NCBI GenBank assembly: GCA_963707215.1
Contig: CAVPPB010000001.1
Span: forward strand, 64,001 to 128,000
Origin: an uncultured Chloroflexia bacterium
GTDB lineage: Bacteria; Chloroflexota; Limnocylindria; Limnocylindrales; CSP1-4
Direction: 5' to 3'
Length of the DNA stretch: 64,000 nt
In this document: piece by piece, positions 55,044 through 64,000 of the stretch
How the letters are laid out: each line of letters begins with the position of its first letter
How positions within the stretch are numbered: the stretch's first letter is position 1
Position numbers and translations under genes: made by a program
The notes under the pieces: generated by a model
Database searches by the model: none
What the model was told of the DNA's origin: nothing
What the model saw: only the letters and a program-made list of their open reading frames with translations

Positions 55044-56111
55044 ATGACCGGGTCGAACGGCCAGACGACACCTCGGCCACCGACCGCCCGGGCGTCGGGT
55101 CGGCGCCGCGGTCGACTCGTGGGCGTCGGGCTGGCGGTCGTCGGGCTGGTCGGGCTGGCGGTCCTCGTCGGCTACCTCGGCATCGGCGCCATCGCCTACG
55201 ACCACCTGTCCAGCCTGGAGCCACAGGCCGCCGGACGCTGGCCGGGCCAGGATCCGTCCAACTTCGAGGCCCGTCGCGACCCCGTGAGCGGCGAGATCCG
55301 GCTCGACGCGACGGCATACCGCTTCACCGACTTCACCGACGTTGACTTCCCGAGTCGCGACGACATCGGCCTGACGATCCGGGCCTGGTTCGCCCCCACC
55401 GCCGCTGGCACCGACGCACCGGTCGTCATCGTCGTCCACGGCAAGGGCTCGAGCCGCCGCGACCCCGTCGTGCTGCTGCCGGCCGGCATGCTCCACCGGG
55501 CGGGCTTCGCGGTGCTTGTGCCCGACCTCCGAGACCACGGCGATTCGGACGTGGAGGACATGCGCTGGGCCGGTGGCGTCGAGGAGTACCTCGACGTCCT
55601 TGGAGCCTTCGACTGGCTCGTGGCCCACGGCTACGACCCCGACCGGATCGGCCTCATGGGCTCGTCGCTTGGGGCCGCGACGATCACGATCGCGATGGGC
55701 CAGGAAGCGGCCGTCGCCGCGACCTGGGCCGACAGCTCGTACTCGGAGTTCGACGTGGCCGCCCGGGAGTACACGGTCAACGGCGGCTACCCCGAGTGGG
55801 TCTTCGGGGCCGGGGTGCTCATGGGGCGGATCCTCAGCGGCGATGAGCTCGGAGCGCTGGATCCGGCCGATGCGCTCACCCGGCTGGCGGGTCGGCCCTA
55901 CGCCATCACCCACTGCGACGCGGACCGGACCGTCTACGTCCACCACGCCGGCGAGAACGCAGCCATCGCAGCCGCGGCCGGCACCGCGGTCACCCCGTGG
56001 ATCCTGCCGGGGTGCGGACACGTGGAGGGGATGTTCGTCGAGCCGGTCGAGTACGAGGCCCGCCTGCTTCGCTTCTTCCACGACGCGCTGGCCGGCCCCG
56101 ACACCGGGTAG
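55044..56111 (+). CDS. Membrane-anchored alpha/beta hydrolase
   Basis: VHG, PDLRDHGDS, GSSLG nucleophile, D and H in HCDAD/GHVEG. Confidence 0.88.
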   Translation: MTGSNGQTTPRPPTARASGRRRGRLVGVGLAVVGLVGLAVLVGYLGIGAIAYDHLSSLEPQAAGRWPGQDPSNFEARRDPVSGEIRLDATAYRFTDFTDVDFPSRDDIGLTIRAWFAPTAAGTDAPVVIVVHGKGSSRRDPVVLLPAGMLHRAGFAVLVPDLRDHGDSDVEDMRWAGGVEEYLDVLGAFDWLVAHGYDPDRIGLMGSSLGAATITIAMGQEAAVAATWADSSYSEFDVAAREYTVNGGYPEWVFGAGVLMGRILSGDELGALDPADALTRLAGRPYAITHCDADRTVYVHHAGENAAIAAAAGTAVTPWILPGCGHVEGMFVEPVEYEARLLRFFHDALAGPDTG

Positions 56112-56164
56112 CCGACCCGGAAGCCGTGCGGGCGCAGCGGCGGCGACCCGCCCCGCCCTGCGGC

Positions 56165-59100
56165 TCAGCCGAGCTGCAACTCCACCAGGCCCTCGCCCAG
56201 CCGCCGCCGGACCTCGGCGAGCAGCTCCGCGTCGTAGGCGACGCCCCGGCGGAGCTCCATCGGCAGCGGATCGCCGCTGCCGGAAGGTACGTGGAGGACG
56301 ACCCTCGTCGGCCCGGGCCGCCCCCGAAGCACCGTCCGGAACGCCTCCATCGCGGAGACGAGTCGGTCCGGGCCGGCGTGGGCCGAGAAGTGCACGTGGA
56401 GGACGTTGGCCGGCCCCGCATCGAGCGCCGGCGTCGGTCCCGCCGCCGAGGCGGCGGCGGACGCGCGAACCTCATCGGGAAGGGCCGGCTCGTCGTCGCG
56501 GTCGGGGGCGGCGATCCGGGCACCCTCGGGCTCGCTGTACGTCGGGATCGGGTCGCCCGGGGCGATCGCCGGGAGGACCCCGAGCGCATCGGCGCTCGGG
56601 GGACGGGCCTCCGGCCGAAGGGGCGACACGTACGGGACGCCGGGTCGCGGCATCGGGCGGGCCGGCGCGGTCGTCTCGGCCACGGGAGCGGTAGGGGGGA
56701 CGGGCCGTCCGGCGGCCGCCTCCGGCACGACCCGCGCGACGCGGCCGGTACCGGACGCCCCTGGGGAGGCGGGCGCCGCTGCCACGACCGGAGCCGCTCG
56801 CTCCCCGCCGTTCCCGACCCGGCCGGCCGGACCCGGACCGTTGCCGCCGGGACCGCCGCCGCCCCGACGTCGGGGAGCGCCCCGGTCACCTGCCGAGACC
56901 TCACGGGCGAAGGCCTCGGGCCCGCGGGCCTGGGCACTCTCCCACTCGGTCACCAGGTCGGCGAGGAGGGACACGTCCTCGCCGCGATGATCGATCCGGC
57001 CCGCGACCAGGAGGATCGCGCCTTCCTGCCAGACCGGTCCGGTAGCCTCCCAGGTCCGCGGGAAGACGACGACCTCGATGGAGCCCTGGACGTCCTCGAG
57101 GGTCGCCACGGCCATCGTCTGGCGGGCCTTGGTGACGACCGTTCGGAGCCCGGTCACGATGCCCGCCACGACGACCCGCTGACCGTCGAGCGACTCGTCG
57201 CCGAGGTCCGTGCTGTAGGCCGTCACGAACGGTCCGACGTGCTCGGCGATCTCGCCCATCGGGTGCTCGGACAGATAGAGCCCCAGGAGCTCCTTCTCCC
57301 AGCGGAGCCGCTCCCGGACCGGCAACTCCGGAGTCGAGGGAAGGGGGCGCTCCAGGCCGGTCGCCTCGTCGGCCGCCAGCTCGAAGAGCGAGGCCTGTCC
57401 GGTGGCCCGGTCGCGCTGGGCGGCCTGACCGGCGGCCAGCGCATCGTCGAGCCCGGCGATCACCTGGGCGGGATGGCCCAGCGCGTTGAGGGCCCCCACC
57501 CGGGCCAGCGACTCGACGACCTTGCGGTTGGCCAGCCGGAGGTCGATCCGGCCGCAGAAGTCGGTCAGGGAGCTGAACGGGCCGTCGGCCTCGCGAGCCG
57601 CGATGATCGACTCGATCGCACCCTCGCCGACGTTCTTCACGGCCAGGAGGCCGAAGCGGATGGCGTCCCCCTCGACGGTGAACTCGAGGTGGCTGGCGTG
57701 GATGTCGGGCGGGCGGACCTCGATGCCCAGGCGGCGGCACTCGGCGATCGCCGCGGCGACCTTCTCGGCGTTGTCCCGGAAGGCCGTCAGGACGGCCGTC
57801 ATGTACTCGACCGTGAAGTTCGCCTTGAGGTAGGCAGTCTCGTAGGCGACCAGGCCGTAGCAGGTGGCGTGGGCCTTGTTGAAGCCGTAGCGCTCGAACG
57901 GCTGGAAGGCCTGGAAGACCGCGTCGATGGTCTGGGCCGGGACGCCCCGCTCGGCCGCCTGGGAGACGAACTTGTCCTTCGAGCGACCGCAGGACCGACG
58001 ACTTCTTCTTGCGGATCGCGTAGCCCAGGGTGTCGGCCTCGGGACCGGTGAAGCCGCCAAGGGCCATGGCCGCGGCCATGATGTCCTCCTGGTAGACGAA
58101 GATCCCGTAGGTCCGCTCCAGGAACGGCTCGAGCAGCGGGTGGAGGTACGTCACCGGCTCCTGGCCGTGCTTGCGCCGGATGTAGGCCGGGATGTTGTCC
58201 ATCGGTCCGGGCCGGTAGAGGGCGACCATGGCCGCCAGGTCGTACACGGACGTCGGTCGCAGCTCGCGGATGTAGCGCCGCATCCCCGCCGACTCCAGCT
58301 GGAAGATGCCGGTCGTCTCGCCCGAGGCGAGCAGCTCGAAGGTCTTCGGGTCGTCGAGGGGGATCCGCTCGATGTCGATCTCGACGCCCTCGTGCTCGCG
58401 GATCAGGTCGATGGCGTGGCGGAGGATGGTCAGGTTCGAGAGGCCCAGGAAGTCGAACTTGAGCAGGCCGAGCGCCTCGACGGCGTGCATCTCGTACTGC
58501 GTCATCAGGGCTTCCGAGTTGGTCGCCTTCTGGAGCGGCATGATCTCGGTCAGCGGCTCGCGGCTGATGACGACCCCGGCGGCGTGGGTCGAGGCGTTCC
58601 GCGCGACGCCCTCGAGCTGCCGGGCCAGGTCGACGAGGCGGCCGACCTGGGGATCGGCATCGACCTGCTCGCGGAGGGCCGGCGCGATCTCGAGGGCCTC
58701 CTCGAGCTTGATCCCGAGCTGGTTGGGCACCGCCTTGGCGATCCGGTCGACCTCGCCGTAGCCGAAGCCGAGGACCCGGCCGACGTCGCGGATGGCGGCC
58801 CGGGCCAGCATCGTGCCGAAGGTGATGATCTGGGCGACGTGGTCCTGCCCGTACTTCCGGGTGACGTAGGCGATGACCTCGTCGCGCCGGCCGTCCTCGA
58901 AGTCGACGTCGATGTCCGGCATCGTCACCCGGTCGGGGTTCAGGAAGCGCTCGAAGGGCAGCCCGTAGCCGATCGGGTCGACCGGCGTGATGCCGAGCGT
59001 GTAGGTCACGATCGAGCCGGGCGCGGAACCCCGGCAGGTGGTGTAGATGCCCGACTCACGGGCGAAGCGGACGAAGTCGGCCACGATCAGGAAGTAGCCG

Positions 59101-60120
59101 GCGTAGCCCATCGAGGTGATGACGCCGAGCTCGTAGTCGAGCCGCTGGCGGAGCTCCGGGGTCACCTCGCCGTAGCGCCAGGCCAGGCCCGCGCTCGCAC
59201 TCGCTTGCGGAGCCAGCTCTCGACGGTCTCGCCGTCGGGCACCGGGAAGTGCGGGATCCGCGAGACGTCGAGCGGTAGCGTCGACGTCGCACATCTCGGC
59301 GATCCGCGCGGGTGTTGAGGATGGCCTCGCGCTGGTCCGGGAAGAGGGCCGCCATCTCGGCCGCGCTCTTGAGGTAGAACTCCTGCGTCTCGAAGCGGAG
59401 GCGGCCCGGCGTGTCGAGGTTGCTGCCCGTCCCGACGCAGAGGAGGACGTCGTGCGCCTCCGCCTGGGCCTGGCGGACGTAGTGGAGGTCGTTCGTCACG
59501 ACGAGGGGCAGGCCGATCTCCGGGGCGAGCTCGCAGGAGCTGCCCGTTGAGGCGGCGCTGCTCGGGCAGGCCGTGGTCCTGGAGCTCGAGGTAGAAGCCG
59601 TCCGGCCCGAAGATGTCCGAGTACTCGCCGGCAACCGTTGCGGGCCAGCTCCCGGTCCTCGACCTCGAGCGCCTTGGGCGATCTCGCCGCCGAGGCAGGC
59701 GGACAGGCCGATCAGACCCGCGCTGTGGCGGGCCAGGTGCTCCCGGTCGATCCGCGGCTTGTAGTAGTAGCCGTCGACGTGGGCGTCGGTGATGAGCCGG
59801 CAGAGGTTCTGATAGCCGGTCCAGTCGCGGGCCAGGAGGACCAGGTGGTGGGGCTGGGCGTCGGCCTTGCCCTCCTTGTCGGTCATCGACCGCCGGGCGA
59901 CGTAGGTCTCGACCCCGAGGATGGGTCGGATGCCCTTGGCGGTCGCGGCCTGGTAGAAGGCGACCGCGCCGTAGAGCGCCCCGTGGTCGGTCAGGGCCAG
60001 GCTGTCGAAGCCCTGCGCCGCCGCCGCGTCGACGAGATCGGGGATCCGCCCGAGGCCGTCGAGGAGGCTGAACTCCGAGTGGACGTGGAGGTGGGTGAAG
60101 TCGTTGGGGGCCAGGGTCAC
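56165..60120 (-). CDS. dnaE: DNA polymerase III alpha subunit (several frameshifts)
   Basis: HLHVHSEFSLLDG PHP domain, RGSAPGS, MPDIDVD, HAAGVVI, KFDFLGL, YGFNKAHA, OB fold. Confidence 0.95.
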
Positions 60121-60173
60121 GGGAGCCTTATGGTAGCCGAGCCCGATCGCCCGGGATGGGTCATCATCGGGTC

Positions 60174-60587
60174 GTGGATCCGCGAGCCCATCCCCCCGGC
60201 ACCGACGACGAGGTCGACTTCGAGGCGCTCGTCGTCCGGGCCCTCGACGAGCTGCCCGAGGAGTTCCGCCAGCGCCTCGGGACGGTCGCCGTGGTGGTCC
60301 AGGACGAGCCGACGGCCGCCCAGCTGGCCCGCACCCGGGCCGGTGGGCTGCTGGGGCTCTACGAGGGCGTGCCGCGGACCGTCTTCGGGGCCACGCTCGC
60401 CCCGGTCGCCAGCAAGATCACGATCTTCCGGGGGCCGCACGTGCGGCGATTCCGCACTCGAGCCGCGCTCGAGGACGCCGTCGGCGAGACCGTTCGGCAC
60501 GAGGTCGCCCACCACTTCGGGATCTCGGACGCCCGGCTCGGGGAGCTCGCGTCCGAGCGTCGGCGCCAGCGCGGCGGCTACCGCTAG
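60174..60587 (+). CDS. Zincin-like metallopeptidase (DUF1025/minizincin)
   Basis: LLGLYEGVP, ITIFRGP, HEVAHHFG. Confidence 0.88.
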   Translation: MDPRAHPPGTDDEVDFEALVVRALDELPEEFRQRLGTVAVVVQDEPTAAQLARTRAGGLLGLYEGVPRTVFGATLAPVASKITIFRGPHVRRFRTRAALEDAVGETVRHEVAHHFGISDARLGELASERRRQRGGYR

Positions 60588-61246
60588 GCGCCCTGGCGAC
60601 CGACACCGCGCCCCGGGGCGCTGGACCTGTCCCGAAGGAGGCGGTCGGCGACGGGCAGGATCCGCTCGTCGACCCAGCGGGCATACTGCCGACCGCTGGG
60701 GTGCAGACCGTCCGCGGCGACCGACAGCGGGTCGCGTCCGGCCTCCAGCGAGAGGTCGTGGATATCGGCGAGGGCGATCCCCCACTCGGCCGCGAGACGC
60801 GCCAGCGCGGCGTTGACGGCCCGGATGCCTGCCGATCGCTCGATCGGGTCGCCATAGTCGGAGCCGGCCGGGGTCACCGTGTAGTCGGGGGTCGTGACGA
60901 GCAGCACTCCGGCCCTCCCGACGAGCCCGGCGAGCGCCTCGAGGATCGCGCTCACGGTGGCCCGGTAGGTCGCCGGCGGCACGCCCTGGACCACGTCGTT
61001 GACCCCGACGAGCAGCGACACCAGATCCGGCTCGAGCGACGCCAGCTTGGGCACCTGGCCGTCGAGGACGTCGCGCGAGGTCGAGCCGTCGACGGCAAGG
61101 TTGGCCACGAGCTCCAGACGGCCGGGCGCCTGGCCCAGCGCGACGACGAGGCGGTCCGGCCAGCGCTCGGATGGTGCGACGGCCGTCCCGATGGTGTAAG
61201 AGTCGCCGAGCGCGACGTAGCGGACCGCGCCGAGCGGGTCCGCCAT
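60584..61246 (-). CDS. SGNH/GDSL hydrolase
   Basis: ALGDSYT, NLAVDG, GVND, DGLHP. Confidence 0.92.
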   Translation of the reverse strand: MADPLGAVRYVALGDSYTIGTAVAPSERWPDRLVVALGQAPGRLELVANLAVDGSTSRDVLDGQVPKLASLEPDLVSLLVGVNDVVQGVPPATYRATVSAILEALAGLVGRAGVLLVTTPDYTVTPAGSDYGDPIERSAGIRAVNAALARLAAEWGIALADIHDLSLEAGRDPLSVAADGLHPSGRQYARWVDERILPVADRLLRDRSSAPGRGVGRQGA

Positions 61247-62214
61247 CAGCCTGCCCGGTCGCGGGATGGGACCGGCTCGCCGCCGACGGTCGCGACCCCC
61301 TCGATGAGCAAGTCGACGAAGCGCTGGCGGTCGATGGCAACGGCGACGTCGGCATTCGGGGGCGGGCCGGGCACGCCCCGGTCGTCGACCACGGTGCGAC
61401 CCCGGGTGAGCTCGCCGGCCGTCTCCACGTCGACCCGGTACGGGATCGTCTCGACGAGAGCCGGCACGGCCAGGTGGGCGACGGCGACGGCATCGTGGAT
61501 CGGCGAGCCGTCCCAGCCGTACCGGTCGGCGTGGAAGCGGGCGAAGAACCGCAGCAGGTCGGCGAATACGGCGCTCACTGGCGTCCCGAGGGCCTCGAGG
61601 CGAGCGACGTCGGCTTCACCGAAGACCGCCCGGTGGGTCACGTCGAGCCCGATCATCGTGATCGGCGATCCGCTGCGGAAGACGATCCGGGCGGCCTCCG
61701 GGTCGACCCAGATGTTGAACTCGGCGGCCGGCGTCCAGTTCCCCTCGTGGATCGCCCCACCCATCAGGCAGATCCGGTCGATCCGATCGGCGAGCTCCGG
61801 GTGGGCGAGGAGGAGTGTGGCGATGTTCGTCAGCGGGCCGGTCGGCACGAGCGTCACCGGCTCTTCCGTGGCCGCGAGGGTCGCCGCCATGAAGGCGAGG
61901 GCACCCTCGGGTCGTGGGTCCGCGAGCGGGTCGGGCAGCTCGGCGCCCTCGAGCCCGCTCACCCCATGGACGTTGTCGGCGACCTCGAGCGGCCGGACCA
62001 GCGGACGGTCGGCGCCGGCCGCGACCGGGATGTCCGTGCGCCCGAGGAGGGCCAGGACCCGCAGTGCATTGCGGGTCGTCGCCTCGAGCGGCGCGTTGCC
62101 GGCGACGGTGGTGATCCCCAGCAGGTCGATCTCGGGTCTGGCCATCGCCAGCACGATGGCGAGGGCGTCGTCGTGGCCCGGGTCACAGTCGAGGATGATG
62201 GGGCGGGTCGGCAC
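61246..62214 (-). CDS. Inosine-uridine preferring nucleoside hydrolase
   Basis: DCDPGHDD, HGVSG, GPLTN, MGGA..AEFNIWVDPEAA, HDA. Confidence 0.95.
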   Translation of the reverse strand: MPTRPIILDCDPGHDDALAIVLAMARPEIDLLGITTVAGNAPLEATTRNALRVLALLGRTDIPVAAGADRPLVRPLEVADNVHGVSGLEGAELPDPLADPRPEGALAFMAATLAATEEPVTLVPTGPLTNIATLLLAHPELADRIDRICLMGGAIHEGNWTPAAEFNIWVDPEAARIVFRSGSPITMIGLDVTHRAVFGEADVARLEALGTPVSAVFADLLRFFARFHADRYGWDGSPIHDAVAVAHLAVPALVETIPYRVDVETAGELTRGRTVVDDRGVPGPPPNADVAVAIDRQRFVDLLIEGVATVGGEPVPSRDRAG

Positions 62215-62367
62215 GGTCGGAGGATGCCACATGGTGACGGGACGGGGCCCATCCCGGTGCGGTAGGATGCGCCCCGAACCAGCCGTTCCGGAAGAGGGAC
62301 GGTGGAGGTGCCGTGTCGACCGGTCGAGCCAAGCGCCGACGTCGACCACGCTCCTGGAGGAGGAAGC

Positions 62368-63499
62368 ATGCACAAGCGCTCCCTGATGCTCAGCCTGTTC
62401 GCGGGCGCGGCGATCGTCGTCGCGGCCTGCTCGGGCGGAGCCACCCCGAGCCCGGAGCCGACGGAGGCGCCGTCGGAGGCGCCGTCGGAGGCGCCGTCGG
62501 CCGGCGCCGTCGCCGTCGCCCGAGGGCCTGACCTGCGAGGTCGCGCTCAAGGTCGGCCTGGTGACCGACGTCGGCCGGGTCAACGACAAGGGCTTCAACC
62601 AGGCGGCCTTCGAGGGCATGGGCCAGGCGGAAGAAGAGGCCCCGACCTGCTTCGAGACCGACTACATCGAGACGACCAACCAGGCTGACTACGCCAAGAA
62701 CATCGGCGAGTTCGCCGACAACGGGTACGACGTCATCATCGGCGTCGGCTTCCTCATGGGCGACGCCATGGGCGATGCCTCGAAGGAGTACCCGGACGCC
62801 AAGTTCATCAGCGTCGACGGCGCCCCGAACCCGGGCCACGACGAGAACTGGATGGTCAACGGCGAGAGCCTCTTCTACGCCGAGGACCAGGCCGGCTACC
62901 TGGCCGGCGTCCTGGCGGCTTCGGTGACCGAGTCGAGCACCATCGGCGTGGTCGGTGGTCTGCTCGTCGTCCCGCCGGTCGAGCGGTTCGTCGAGGGCTA
63001 CATCAACGGCGCCCAGGCGACCAACCCCGACATCAACGTGCTGTTCACCTACACCAGCTCGTTCGTGGAGCCGGAGCAGGGCAAGGCAGCCGCCCAGCAG
63101 ATGATCGATCAGGATGCCGACGTGATCTTCGCGGCCGGCGGCCTGACCGGCAACGGCGCCCTCCTGGCGGCCTGTGACGCAGGCATCCTCGCCATCGGCG
63201 TCGACGTCGACCAGTACGAGACCCTCCCCGAGGCCCAGGCGTGCCTCGTCTCGAGTGCGACCAAGGGCCTGCGCGAGTCCGTCAAGCTCTCGCTCGAGCG
63301 GATCGCCAAGGGCGAGTTCACGCCCGGCTTCACGACCAACGACGCGGCGTCGAACGGCGTCGGACTGGCCCCGTTCCACGACAACGCCGACAAGGTCTCG
63401 GCCGAGACCGTCAAGCTCCTCGCGGAAACGTTCGCGGGCCTGGCCGACGGCTCGATCGACCCCGGCGTGGTCGTCGACGGACAGACGACCGTCGAGTGA
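62368..63499 (+). CDS. BMP-family nucleoside ABC substrate-binding lipoprotein (frameshift ~62510)
   Basis: Lipobox VAAC, 3 x EAPS repeat, DKGFNQ, GYLAG, DVIFAAGG, IGVDVDQ. Confidence 0.9.
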
Positions 63500-63524
63500 C
63501 CTCGTATCGCTGACCCAGCGCTGA

Positions 63525-63557
63525 ATGACGGCGAGGCTCACCGAGCCTCGCCGTCAT
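63525..63557 (+). terminator. 15-bp perfect hairpin between the BMP and ATPase genes
   Basis: atgacggcgaggctc-acc-gagcctcgccgtcat. Confidence 0.65.
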
Positions 63558-63590
63558 CGTTCATCCGGAGTGACCGAGGGAGGATCGCCG

Positions 63591-64000
63591 GTGACCGAGG
63601 GACCGACCCCGACGCCCGCCCAGGGGCCGCCGCCGACCGCGGTGCCGGCCCGGGCGCCGAGCCCACCCCAAGGGGAGAACGTCGCGCCGAGCCTGACGAT
63701 GCGCGGCATCACCAAGCAGTTCCCCGGCGTCCTCGCCAACGACCACATCGATCTCGACGTCAAGCCCGGCGAGATCCACGCTCTTCTCGGAGAGAACGGC
63801 GCCGGCAAGAGCACGCTGATGAACATCCTCTACGGGCTCATCCAGCCCGACTCTGGGGAGGTCCTCATCAACGGCCAGGCGGTCCGGATCAGCGGGCCAT
63901 CCGACGCCATCGCCCGGGGTATCGGGATGGTCCACCAGCACTTCATGCTGGTCCCGGTCTTCAACGTGACCGAGAACATCATCCTGGGCGACGAGACGAT
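63591..64000 (+). CDS. Nucleoside/sugar ABC transporter ATP-binding protein (partial)
   Basis: [37 protein letters not shown]. Confidence 0.92.
   Translation, partial: MTEGPTPTPAQGPPPTAVPARAPSPPQGENVAPSLTMRGITKQFPGVLANDHIDLDVKPGEIHALLGENGAGKSTLMNILYGLIQPDSGEVLINGQAVRISGPSDAIARGIGMVHQHFMLVPVFNVTENIILGDET

Noticed and set aside
37008-56111. Prophage, ICE or classical integron at tRNA-Leu
   Set aside because: No integrase, transposase, phage or conjugation genes, no duplicated tRNA 3' end found by eye, and no clear GTTRRRY/RYYYAAC attC pairs
56901-60120. Split or intein-containing DnaE
   Set aside because: The fragments join colinearly with no intein motifs; the breaks are single-base indels
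62464-62499. 3 x 12-nt repeat (GAGGCGCCGTCG) as a phase-variation switch
   Set aside because: The unit is a multiple of 3 and encodes an ordinary EAPS lipoprotein linker; the nearby frameshift is better explained as an error

Overview
Very GC-rich bacterial chromosome segment. A Chloroflexota-like or actinobacteria-like monoderm is my inference, from the GAAC-N4-GTTC LexA boxes, leaderless TANNNT promoters and gene content. The left arm (1-37 kb) is largely core: recJ, secDF, uvrABC, a compact UvrD-like helicase, a tadE/tadG/cpaB trio, coaE, ABC-F, mutM, polA, a ynbAB-like phospholipid operon, an ECF sigma/anti-sigma pair and tRNA-Leu(CAA). The right end carries dnaE and a nucleoside salvage/ABC uptake locus. 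Many core genes are frameshifted, most likely from long-read indel errors. The most striking part is the ~9 kb directly after tRNA-Leu (37.0-46.2 kb). It is a mosaic of repeated modules, each made of a conserved sigma70-like promoter plus a c-di-GMP-II-like (GAG-variant) riboswitch: 5 full copies sharing an invariant 24-nt GAGCCACTGGCGAGACCGACCCGC block, plus 1 truncated copy. Each leader precedes a different exported or membrane cargo gene. Three modules are closed by copies of the same small convergent ORF (PEAAExAVAAWE...AEGRxRxTxAFW). No integrase is visible. This looks like a riboswitch-headed, cargo-swapping cassette array. All calls come from manual reading and motif recognition; no searches were run.
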